64,000 bases of DNA, taken from Phaeosaccion multiseriatum (lineage: Eukaryota > Protista > Ochrophyta, other classes). The stretch spans positions 3,720,001-3,784,000 of the forward strand of contig OZ218955.1 in the NCBI GenBank assembly GCA_965112735.1. Reading direction: 5' to 3'. Both the position numbers and the translations under genes were made by a program. The notes beneath the pieces are model-generated. The model did no database searches. It was not told where the DNA came from and saw only the letters and a list, made by a program, of their open reading frames with translations. Of the stretch, positions 14,134 through 25,989 are shown piece after piece; within the stretch, counting starts at the first letter, position 1; each line of letters begins with the position of its first letter.

Positions 14134-15058
14134 CACACACACACGCACGCACACACGCACGCACACACGCACACACGCACACACACGAGCGCGGGTATGT
14201 AGAGAGAATCACGGGGCGGCGACGACCCGGAGCACAACACATGCAGAACTAACTTGGGTAACTAACGTACAGACATCACCATTGTATACAAGTCATTTCT
14301 TTTAAGTCATTACTAATGAGTCATTTCAGTAACTAAAAAAAAAGACTCATTCTGCTTCGCTTCCTGAGCTGAGCTGAGCTGGGCTGGGCCCCTCTGGTCT
14401 GCACCGGCTCATACAAGCATGTACCTCAGTTGCAAAAGTCACCCCCTTCCTGTCTCTCTCTCTCTCCTCTCTCGCTCGATGGCTCGCTCAGTCTCTCTTC
14501 TCTACTGCTTCACAAAAATTCCCCTGCTGTTGCTGCTGCAGCTGGTGCCAGTCTGCTGTATCACCAACTTGCGCTGCCATTCTACATTCTGCTGTGCTGC
14601 TGCTCCTCCTGCTCCTCCTCCCCCCCCACAGAGCGGTTTCCAGCGTCTCACCGCCTCTAACTGACTACCATCGGGACACTCCTCACACCTGCTCACTGAC
14701 TACAATAAAGTGGCTGACTGACTCACTCACTGACTGACTGACTGACTGACTGACTGACTGAATGTCTCACTGACTGACTGATATACTGAAACTTAACACC
14801 CAACACCGGCCCTCTGCTCCGCCCCTCCACAAGAAACAGCCCACGTCTCCACCTCTCCACCTCCCTACCCACCCGCCTTGCCGCCTTCCTGTCCTCTCTG
14901 CAGGGAGGAGGCCATGGTCCATATTCCCTGTTGCCTTGTGTCCTGCTTCAGTTTCAGTTTCATAACTTTGCCCCTCGCCCCCTCCATCGTCAATATCGAC
15001 AAGCCCCTGACCTCGACCAACAATATCGATCACATCGAAACATACATGGACATCGACA

Positions 15059-15893
15059 CTACTGCAGGGTGGTCAGGCCCATGTTCTCAGCAGCTCGGAT
15101 CTTTGCGGTTCCGGCGATGCGGGGGGAGAGGATCTGCACAAGCTCATCCGGCTCCTTCAGGCAGTCAAGGGGAGGCAGGGGGGGAGGCAGGGGGGTGGGG
15201 GCGTTACAGAAAAGGCGTTACAGAGGGGCGCTGACAAGGCACTGACGAGGGCAGGACAAGGGCAGGACAAGGGCCAGCGTCAGGGGTCAGGATGGCCCCG
15301 CTGCGGCAGTGCCCACACTCTTATCATCCAAAGCAGTGCCCGCACCGCTGTCATCATGTCCATATGCCTGTCCTCATGTCCATATGCCTGTCCTCATGTC
15401 CAAATGCCTGGTCTCTTGAGTTGCCCTGCGTCCTCCCTCCTTCCCTCCATCCATCCATCCCTCCCTCCCCCCCCCCTCCCTTCTCTTCCCTCCCTCCCTC
15501 CCTCACTCACTCACTCACCCTCGCATACTTGAGCATGGCGTCATACATAGCCAGCGCCTCCCTCCCCTCCTCCATCGTCTGCGCAGTGTGCATCTTGTAA
15601 TTAGCGAGGCCCATGAGGGCGGGTTGGAACAACGGGTCGGCGTCCACTGCCGCCTGCATGAGCGCACCGAAGGCCTCCACTTGTTCCGGGGATTGCATGC
15701 CCTGTGTGTCAAGTGAAGGGGGTCGATGGGAGGAGGGAGGGGTGGGAAGGGAGGGGTGTGGAGAGTGCGAGGGTGTGAAGTGTGTGAGGGTGTGGGGGGT
15801 TACGGGATAGGGACGGCGTGGGGGTTGGGATGCATGTAGTCAGACAACCACACACACATTAAGGCAGAAGAAGCAGGGGAAAGAAAAGAACGA

Positions 15894-15968
<75 letters not shown>

Positions 15969-18434
15969 CCCCATTCATCCAACCCTCTCCCCCCCTCCTT
16001 CCCTCCCTCCCCTCCCTCCCTCCCTCACTCCCTTCCCTTCCCTCCCTCCCTCCCTCCCTCCCTCCCTCCACCCCTCCCCTGCCCTCCTTACCATGCACAT
16101 GGCCTTTGTATAGTAGGAGGTGGGGTTACTTACCATGCACATGGCCTTTGTATAGTAGGAGGTGGGGTTATTGGGGTCCGCTGCAATTGCCGTATCGAAG
16201 CCTCCAAACGCCACCGCCATCTGCTGTCTCGCTTGCTCACTATCCCCCGCCGAAAACGCCTTTCGCATGTCAAAGTCGGCTTTCTGTAACAGCAAATCAC
16301 TGCTGGTGGGGTACTTGGCAATACTCGCTTCAATCAAGTCGGTCGCCTCCTGCACCTCCTCCGCCGCCACCAGCATGTTAAACATCCTCCCAATGGCTGG
16401 CAAGTGCCCCGGGCTCAGCTCCAAACACGTTTCAAGATCCCTCCTCTGCTTCCCCAGCTGCTCCTCCACCCTCTCCTCGTCCCCCGCCGCCCTCGCCTTC
16501 TCCGCGCCCATCCCGAAAAGTTCCGCACGGAACATGTAGCACGTCCCTGACTTGGGGGCGACACTCACAGCCGTTTCGAAGGCCTCCTTGGCCTGCTCCA
16601 GGTCGTTCATGTCCATGAGCACCCCTGCCCGCTTCACCCACACATCCACCACCGACCCGTCCAGCAGACAGCTCGCCTGTAGGCAAGCAGGTACGTACGT
16701 AAGGTTACGTTATGTTAGGAGAGGGGGGGAAGGCCCACACAGCCCACCCATGGTCCTGACACCCCACTGTCCTGACACCCACTCACCCTCTGTCCTGACA
16801 CCCACTCACCCATTGTCCTGATACCCACCCACCCATTGTCCTGACACCCACCCACCCACTGTCCTGACACCCACCCACCCACTGTCCTGACACACCCCCA
16901 CCTACCCGCTGTCCTGACACCCACCCACCCCCTGTCCTGAGACACCCTTACCTTGTACACCCTAAACGCGTCTTGCGTGTGCTGACTCAGGTGCAGGAAG
17001 GTTCCGTACCACGCCAGCAGTGACGCCTGCACCACATCATCCACCCCCTCCAGTCCTGTGTCAGCATCACCTCCGCCGCCGATCATGAGCGCACTGCCCC
17101 CCCGGGCCTCTTCCTCTGCCTTCTTCTCACCCTCAACCTCCACCTTCTTGTCACTCTCAGTAGCGGCTATGGCATCCGCTGCCTCCACCAACACCTCGCC
17201 TTCCTCCAGCCCCTCCTCCTCCTCCTCCCCCGCCCCCTCCTTCTCCTTCCTCTCCTCCTCCTCCTCCTCCTCCTCTGTCTTCCACCTTCCCATTCCGAAC
17301 GCCCTTGTGAAATCCGTAACCGCCTCGCCATACTCCCTCCTGGCCACATGTGCCAAGCCCCTCTCGTGCAACGCCACAAAGAAGCGGCATTTGTCCCTTC
17401 CATCCCCGCCCGTCTCCTCCTCTTCCTTCGCCGCCGCCTCCGCCTCCTCACACTCTTTGTTGAGGGCGTCCAGCGACTTTCCGCCGTACTCTGCCACTAA
17501 GTCTCCTGGAGAGTGGGTACGCAAGGTTGGGGGGAGGGGGGGGGGGTTATTTGGGCATCATACGGGACGGAGGAGATGGGATGGGCTGACCCACTTTCTC
17601 TATCCCCCTCTATTCTCCTTCCTCTCCATAGTCTCAGTTTCAAGTACATACGCACGCGCACACACACTTCTTTCTCCCCTCCTCTTCTTCCTTGCTTCCT
17701 CACTTCTTCCCTTCCTTCCTTCCCTCCTTCCATCTTTACTTGTTCACTAACCGTGGGACTCGAAGCTCCTGAGTACGTCATAGGTGCTGTAGTTACTCGG
17801 CAGCAAGGGTGGCTCCTTGTTGGGTGCCCCAGAGGCGTCCAAGGCCTTTGATGCGTCCCCCTTGGCAGCTCTCTCCTGCAGTACTTCCTTCACTTGTCTT
17901 GATACCAGCTCAGAGATAATCTCGTCCAGCTGCTCGGTGTCAGGACATGAGGGGGGGGTGTCAGGACATAAGGGGAGGTGTCAGGACATATGTGGGTGTC
18001 AGGGCTGGGGGGGGGCAGGCGCCGGCACAGGCATACAGAGTAGAGAAGAGGAGAGGTGAGGACGCGAACTGCAGCTGCACCTTCTATTGAAACACTGCAA
18101 ACTGAAACTGACCAGATCTGGCGGCGGGCTGTAGACGGGGCTCCGGCCCATGGCCATTTGGCGCTTCTGCTCGTCTCTGTCAGAGAGCATGTGGCAGCAC
18201 AGCTCAGTGAGGGCCTCCTCCTTCTTGCCCAGTTGGTTGAACACCCGGGCCTGTTGGTTGGTTGATTGATTGTATTGTTTGTTTGTTTCACAGATGGCGG
18301 GTCGCAGGATGGCAGGTGGGCGGGGAGAGGGGACGGGAAAGGAAAGGTGAGCGTCGGTATCCATTGCACACACACAGAGAGAGAGAGACTCAGACACAGA
18401 CACACACAGAGAAGATAGGGACATACAAACAGCC

Positions 18435-18477
<43 letters not shown>

Positions 18478-18541
18478 GGCAGGCAGGCAGACAGACAGAT
18501 AGACAGACAGACAGACGCACACACACACACTCACACACACA

Positions 18542-18574
<33 letters not shown>

Positions 18575-18671
18575 TCACACACACACTCACACACACTCAC
18601 ACATACACACTCACACACACACTCACACACACACACACTCACACACACACACACTCACACACACACACACA

Positions 18672-18704
<33 letters not shown>

Positions 18705-20832
18705 GCACACACACACCTTGCGCAGACGAGCGAGCTTGTGTCCGGGGTCGAAGGTGAGACACATGGCGCAGTCTCTGAGGCAAGGGGCGAGGGAGTTGGA
18801 CTTCTCATACATCGCCGCACGGTTGTTGTACAGGGCGGCCCTGCGCTCCTCGAAGTCAGGGATCTGAAGAGGGGGGGGAGTTGGTGATACAGAAGGGAGG
18901 GGTGGGGGGTGGGAGAGAGTGAGGTGGGGGTGGGGAGGAGGGGGGAGGGAGGGGACGGAGGAGGATCCCAGGGGGGATACAGGGTTGGTATTGGTACTCC
19001 AGGCACTCGGGAGGATTGGCGACATAAATGGCGAAGCATGCGGAGGAGTCTACATAGGCCTACGTGTGCCTCTCGCTCTGCCTACGTAGACCTACGTGTG
19101 CCTCTCGGCCTGCCTAGGTAGGCCTACGTATGCCTACATATGCCTCGTGTGCCTCTCCCTCACCTTGTCTATGAGGTCTAGGGCGGTGGTGTAGTGTTCC
19201 GCGGCCTTCTCAAATCGCTGGGCCTTGAAGTTGCGCTTCGCCTGCTCCAGGGGGGTGGGGGAGGCATGTGGGCGGGGATTGACCATACAATACATGGGCA
19301 GGCATATGGGCAGGCAAATGGGCAGGTATATGGGTCAAGCACAGGAGTCAGCAGGCACGCAGCAGCGGCCCGTCCTAAGACACGGTCCTCTCTCCATAGG
19401 CCCCCTCTTAGTCTTTCGGCCACACACTCTCTCTCTCTCTCATTGAGATCATTGAGGCCCCTGTCTTTGAGCCATCTCTTTGAGCCATCTCTTCCTGACT
19501 TATTATAGCCATAGCCTCTCTCTCTCTCTCTCCCTCAAATGCAAGCCCCTCCTTCCTCTTCGGCTCTTTTGGACCCGCTCACCTGCGCCACAGTGCTGTT
19601 GAAGATAGCCTTGAGCTCCTCCTCGCTCTGTTCCTCAGCATCAGTCTTACCCTCCTCCGTCTCTTCTGTCGAGGCCGAGGCAGGCGGCGCGTCGGTAGGG
19701 CCTATGACGGCAGAGGCCAAGGAGGAGGCATCGAGGTGGGGGGGGGGGGGCAGAGAGAGACAGGCCAGCGGTTGTTGGTCAGGGCATCCTGTTGAAGAAA
19801 GAGCCAAAGAGGTCGAACTGCGGTCGAGCAGATGGGGACCCTACATGACAGGCCCTTAAGAGACGAAAGAGCTGTGCTGTGCCAGGGGCTTAACTTGGAG
19901 GAGGACACACACGGGGGTGAGGGAAAAGCGGAAGTGGAGAGGTGGGTAATTGCACTCCACCCGACCCTCCCGACCTTCCTCTCCCTTCCCCTTCCTTCCT
20001 TCACTTCAGGTGCAGCCGTAGATGCAGCCCCCCACCACTGCCTATACCACTCCTCTACCACTCCCCTATCTACCACCATTCTCTCCCCTGTTCGTCTCAC
20101 CCGTCACGGTTTGTGCCTGAGCCTCTTCCTCCTCCTTGTTGTCGCTGTCGTTGTCGCTGTCGTTGTCGCTAACGTCTTGTAGGGTCACCCGCTCCGCCCC
20201 TCCAAACTGCTGCCCCTGCTGCTGCTTCTGCTCCCTGCTGTGCAGGGCAGACCCAAGGGCCAAGCCCCCCCCCCCCTCCTCCTCCTCAGACCCCCCTTCC
20301 ACTTCCCCCAACTCCGCCTCGAAGACACGGCTGGAGCTTGGGGTGGGCATGGAGGCGAAGCCCGCGAATTCCTCGGGCACGACCACCGCTGCAGCCGCGG
20401 CAGCCGCACGTTCCACAGCGGCTGATCCCGACGTGGGGGATGTGGCAGGGGGGTTCCAGCCCTTGGTCTTGCTCCTGCGCAAAGTGGGGGAGGGATGCAT
20501 GGAAAGGAGAAGAGACAGGGATATACAATGATACCATGATACAATAAAGATAAAGAGGAGAAGGAGGAGGAGGAGGAGGAGGAGGAGGAGGGGGGGGGGG
20601 GGGGGGTGAGGGGGAGGAAGAGGAGAAGGAGGTGGAGCTGCTCGGGCTATTGATGCTCTAGCACGGGAGACAAGCAGCCGCGCCAGCGGGTTGAAAAAAA
20701 GGCTGTTCAGACGCGCATCCTTTTTAACACTCACTTCTTCTTGGAGCCAAGCCATGAAAGGGTCACGAAGGACAACGTAGCCACAGCCAGCGCCCCCACA
20801 ATCACCACAGCCCTGTTGTCAGAGGGCGCCAT
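15059..20832 (-). CDS. TOM70: Mitochondrial import receptor Tom70-like TPR protein, multi-exon
   Basis: Exon 1 (20832-20735) encodes [31 protein letters not shown], an N-terminal membrane anchor followed by basic residues. An acidic linker follows, then TPRs '[21 protein letters not shown]', '[46 protein letters not shown]', '[13 protein letters not shown]', '[27 protein letters not shown]'. The last exon (15154-15059) encodes '[31 protein letters not shown]', resembling the Tom70 C-terminal helix. Confidence 0.85.
15248..15423 (+). mobile_element. Dispersed intronic repeat, copy 1, with 2-3 units of a 20-bp minisatellite
   Basis: Near-identical to the reverse complement of 36281-36650: CCAGCGTCAGGGGTCAGG..CCGCTGCGGCAGTGCCCACACTCTTATCATCCAAAGCAGTG..CGCACCGCTGTC..(TGTCCATATGCCTGTCCTCA)n..CAAATGCCTGGTCTCT..AGTTG. 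Confidence 0.8.
16087..16170 (-). repeat. 42-bp perfect tandem duplication spanning a Tom70 exon end and its 5' splice site
   Basis: CTTACCATGCACATGGCCTTTGTATAGTAGGAGGTGGGGTTA occurs twice; it encodes [12 protein letters not shown]|GTAAG twice. Confidence 0.92.
16750..16945. repeat. Intronic minisatellite of ~23-bp TGTCCTGACACCCACYCACCCAC units
   Basis: About 9 degenerate units in a Tom70 intron. Confidence 0.88.
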
Positions 20833-20962
20833 GGGCTTTTGATTTTTTTTTTCCGTCGATGATACGTCCTGGTCCCTGGCTATCGGGATCTATCGGTCGA
20901 GTTTTGCTCTCGAGATCGAGTTTTGTCTGAGTGATATCCAATAGAGCCGAAGAGGAGCTGCG
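20833..20962. promoter_or_regulatory. Putative compact bidirectional promoter between TOM70 and uL22m
   Basis: Divergent ATGs at 20832 (-) and 20963 (+) are separated by 130 nt, including a T-rich tract. Confidence 0.6.
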
Positions 20963-22893
20963 ATGGCCTTCTTGCGGCAGCTCGTCAGGCAGTCGCGCGC
21001 TGGCGGGCTGAGAAGCTCAAGCTGCTGCTTGCAGGCAGGAGGAGGAAGGGGAGGAGGAGCAGCAGCAAACGCAGTAGCAAGGGGAGGAGGAGGAGGAGGA
21101 GGAGGAGGAGGAGGAGGAGGAGGGGGGGGGAAAGTGACCCGATGGCTGAGCTCAGCCATCGCTAGCTCCGTACCCTGCAACAGCGTCAGCAGAGGCAGCA
21201 GCCGTGCCATTGGCGGCAGCGGCAGCAGGAGTGGAAGCAGCAGCCGGTGGCTAAGCTCGGGCAGGAGTGGAAGCAGCACGGGCAGCAGTGGCGAGAATGG
21301 CATGGGGGGATTCTGTAGCAGGAGTAGCAGTAGTATGAGTGGGCAGCAGCAGCAGCAGCAGCAGCAAGTAGTAGTAGAAGGTGGGGGGCGAAAGAAATGG
21401 AGTCGTTGGACGAAACCTGTCTCGACAGCGACTCCGGAGGAGAAGGCGGCCGCGAGGAAGGCAAAGTGGGAGCGGCGTGAGAGGGCCAAGGGTCTTCGCA
21501 ACGTCATGACAAAGACCACGGGGGTGGCAACGAGCGCCTGGCAGCTCAACCTCCTGGCCAAGCTGGTGCGGGGGCTGACTGTCCAGCAGGCCATCGGCAA
21601 TCTCACGTACCATAAAAAGAAGCACGCAGCCACCACGCTGGCGCTTGTGTCGGTGAGTCAGGGAGGCAGGAAGAGGTTAGACACTTTCACTTGGGGATGT
21701 GTGCTTGCTTGTATACTGAGGGAAATGATGGACAGGAGAGAGAAGGCTCCTTGCACACCATAATTGCACACCATAAACGATGTGTGTAGTCATTAATGTC
21801 GCCGCCTCATCCCACCCATCCGTACGCAAACAAACCAGCGTGCTTGCACCCTGGCAGAGCGCAGGCACGGGCTGATACCCGAGGAGCTTCAAATTACGAC
21901 GGTATTCGTCACTCGGGTGAGTGAGTGAGTGAGTGAGTGAGTGAGTGAGTGAGTGAGTGAGTGAGTGAGTGAGTGAGTGTGTGAGTGGGGGGGTGAGTAA
22001 GTGAGAGGGGGAGTGGGAGTAGCAGATTGAGTGACTGAGAGAGAGAGAGTGAGTGATGGAGTAAGTGGTAGGTGACAGAGAGAGGGAGTGAGTATATTAT
22101 GGAGAGAGAGAGTGAGTGAGATTGAGATCAAACGATTGAGTGAGTGAGAGTGAGAGGGAGGAGAGTTGCCGAAGCAGTGACTGAGTCGAAGAGTGGCAAA
22201 AAGAGAGCCGCGTGCGTGCATGGCTCTTCCGGTCTCGACTTCCGATAGAGTGCCACCCAGCAGTTGGTGATACAGCAGGCAGCAGCCGTCGTCTACGTAG
22301 TCCTCTCATTTGTGTTGACCTGCGGTCTGCCCTCGACTGTTCTGGCTGTCTCTCTCGCTCTCTGCATTGCCCCCCCCCTTCTCCCTCCTCCCCCGTCCGA
22401 TGGCGCTTTTTGCCTCCCTTCCTCTCCCTCCATGTCTTGTCGTGCTATCTCACTCACTCACTCACTCACTCTCACTCCTCTCCACCCTCGTCGGCCTCCC
22501 CCCCCCCCCCCCCTGTCTCTCTCTCTCTTCTCTCTTCTATCGCTCTGTTGTCATCGAATGATGGGAATTGAGAAGGGCCCCCAAACAAAGCGTTTGCGCA
22601 TTATGGGACGCGGGCGCACTGGATTTGGGTACCGACGCACCTCCCACATGTACATGACGGTTACAGAAATCGACTGGGAAGCCATGGAAGAGCAGGCCAA
22701 GACTCCTTCGGCCAGGAAGGCGTGGGAGAAGAGGAGGGGAGAGGTGAGGCGTGAGGCCGCCTGGCTGAGGCTCGGGGAGGGAAGCTCAAATGGTTGTGGT
22801 CCCTCCCCCAAGTCCATGCTATTGGGTATGGGGAACACCCACTTACTGCGTGCTATCGAACGGTCGCTTATGTAGCTTGCTGTGTGTGTGTGT

Positions 22894-22949
<56 letters not shown>

Positions 22950-23101
22950 GTGCTCCCCTGTCCCTTTGCTGGCAGGTGGAGGCCCTGAAGGCGCAGATGC
23001 AGGAGGAGGCGGCGGCGGAGGCGGCGGAGGAGGCGAAGAGACTCGCTGCCGACAAAGGCAAGGACGACAAGACAGACGAGAACAAGGCGAAGGCGGCATA
23101 G
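20963..23101 (+). CDS. MRPL22: Mitochondrial ribosomal protein uL22m, 4 exons (20963-21652, 21839-21916, 22576-22743, 22976-23101)
   Basis: An Arg/Ser-rich presequence-like N-terminus (MAFLRQLVRQSR..) precedes the L22 core 'VATSAWQLNLLAKLVRGLTVQQAIGNL..KKKHA', 'AERRHGLIPEELQITTVFVTR', 'GPQTKRLRIMGRGRTGFGYRRTSHMYMTVTE'. All junctions are phase 0. Confidence 0.9.
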
Positions 23102-23366
23102 AGCGTAGATGAGGGATTGAGGCGTGCGTAAGGCTTAGCTAAGGCGTGAGATGAGGGATGCAGGGCGTAGATTTGGCAGCGCAGTAGCGGCTGAGGGCTG
23201 GAGTAGACGCCTCTGGAGGGTCGGAGCAACGCGGGGCACAAACGTACCACATCAAAGAAGCGTGGAGGGTGACCACGAGTTTCAGTGATTGGCCCTCGGA
23301 TTTTTGGTCGGAACCTTCCAAAAGGAATAAAAGCAATGAAGTAAGGGTGCTAGAGGGCAGGGCACG

Positions 23367-24534
23367 ATGAGTACAAGCACTATTTGGAAGAGCAGGTTGA
23401 GGAAGGAGCTCAAGAACGTGCCAGACAAGCTTCCGAAGGGAGTAAAACTCGGTACGATCAAGGACCAAGGCGGGGGGGGGAAGAAGGATTAGGCCGAGCC
23501 AAGGAGGGGTGTCGGCGACTGTAAGGGATTCACCTCGAACCGTTCTCGAGGATGACCTACTGAATAGGACGAGATCTGTCTGCCTGGACCGCTGCTAAGG
23601 GCTTGAAGTTATTCTTCTCCCTCTCTCTACACTTCCTTCTTCCGTGCTTTGCCGCTTTGCCTAGACGATAAATTCTTGGACGAAGGGAAGGGGACATGCC
23701 GGTGCGTCTTCTCCTTCGACCTCTCCATCACGCCTGCTGCGACTGCCTCGTCTCTGCTGTCCGACGAGCATGCTGATGGGGGGGAGGAAGATGAAAAGGA
23801 GAAGAGGGGGGAGGAGGAGGAGGAGGAGAAGAAGAAGGGAGGGGAGGCGAAAACGAGCACGCTTTCATCGGACGCAGATGCCGCAACTGCCGAAAGTAAG
23901 GTGCGATTCACACTCGAGTTCATCTTCGACGAGGTGCTCACAAAGTACCCCTTCGAGGCCCCCGTCATCACCCTCCTCAAGGGCAGAGAGGGCCTCCCCC
24001 CCTCGTTCCTAGCGAGCAGCGACGGAGTGGTGCAGCTGCCGGACACGGAGCAGTGGACGCCTTCCCACACACTGCTGTCTACCTTGGAGAGCATCGTGCT
24101 CATTGTAACCAATCACGTGACGCATCTCAAGAGGGGCGCGGGAGGGCAAGGGCTCGGGGTAGGGTTAGGCCTGCAGGGGGGAGGCGACGAGGAGGGGGAG
24201 GGAGTGAAGGGGCTACAGACGCCCATTGTGGCCGGTGAAGCGGTGCACATTGAGCGAATTCAGGGGGGCGTCTTCCCGTGCAAGGTCAACAAGGTGGGTG
24301 GAGAGATAAGAGAGAAAAAAGAGCGTCAGAGCTTTGAATGGAGGGGGGGAGCTCGATGGACCCACGCCACAACACTAAACCCGTTCACCCTTCACGTTTT
24401 CACATACATATGTTCCCTTCCGTGGTGGTGCCGTGGGTGCCGTGGGTTCCGTGGTGCCGTGTATCATAGTCTTCTCGACACTCCCCCCCCCCGAGCTTTC
24501 CCCTCTCATCCCCTCCTCTGCCTGGCCCCGTGGG

Positions 24535-24609
<75 letters not shown>

Positions 24610-25950
24610 CCCTTTGGCTCGCAGGGCCGCTTCACGAAGGCGTCCTCCCGCTACTTGGCCGTCACCTCCTCGCAGCTCATGGAGCTGGAAGCACACAAGA
24701 GCCGGAACAATCACGTGAGTGAGAGTAGTGACTTGGTTCTGTCCCGGCAGTTTAGCGCGTGAGGAATGACTTTGATGTGTCCACGTTGACGCCTCTCCTC
24801 TCCTCCCCTCCCCTGCCAAACTGGCCTTGTTCGTCTGGCCTGATCCTGCGAGATGCCTACACAGTACTTCGTAGTACACAGTACCGTACCTGTGTATCAC
24901 ATCAGCTGACTGCGTGGCTCCAGCTCTCCTCGCTCTTCGTCTGCCCACCCCTGCCCACACCCACACCCACCCACACACATCCGCTTCCCTCCCTCCCTCC
25001 CTCCCTGCCTGTATTCCTCTCGCTGCCCCTCTGTCTGTGCGCCTGACTTGGCATACGCCAGGTGGTGGTGGTGGCGTGCTATCCCCTCGCCTCTCTGGCC
25101 AAGCTCCGCTTCAAGAGGGGCGAGTCTGTGGCCATCGTGTGCAAAGACGGCAGCACACGTACGTACAGACAAAGACAAGAAGGCGTGCCCTCCACCCATA
25201 TGCTTGTCTACGCATGTCCACTCATGCCCACTCATGCTCATACTCTTGATTCACCCACTCAATCCCTGGCCACTGGCCCTCCATTGACTTAGTACCTCCT
25301 CCCCTGCCACCTGGCACCGGGTCCTGTCCTGACACCGGGTTCGATCCACCTCAGTCTCCATACCGCCGTCATTGGCACTGGAGTGTCGCCCCCGGGCACG
25401 GAGGGCTAATAGAATGAAACTGAAACTGAAACACCTGACACGTTACACCTACAATCATGACTCTCTGGCCATGCGATCATTGACTTATGGACTTAATGAT
25501 GTGTTCCTCCTCCCCTGCCCCACGCACTCTGACCAAGACAGGCTCGTTTCTGATGTCCCAGGCGCACGAATGTGTGCTGTCCATCCAGTCCTACCTCGGG
25601 GAGCAAGGCATCGCCACCGCACTGCCCCACAGGTTGGTAGTCCAGTCTGTTCGGGCGTGTGAGTCTCTTGCTTGCTCTGTTGTCGAGATTGATGAGGTCG
25701 AGTATCTCGCTCTCTGATCGGCGTGACTGGGGTCTAGGGAGGGGAGGGGGGAGCTGCTCAGAGGGTGGGTTTGAGGCCATCAATGGATGTCTAAGGTGTA
25801 CAGAAGGAGTCTTCAATGGGTGTCTCACGTGGGCCTCAATTGAGTGTCTACCGCAAACCCTCTTGACCTCCTACCACTCTGCACTCTTCACTCGTCCCTC
25901 CCGCTTGGCCTCTTGCACGCACGCACACACACATGCACCCCCCCCCCCCC

Positions 25951-25989
<39 letters not shown>

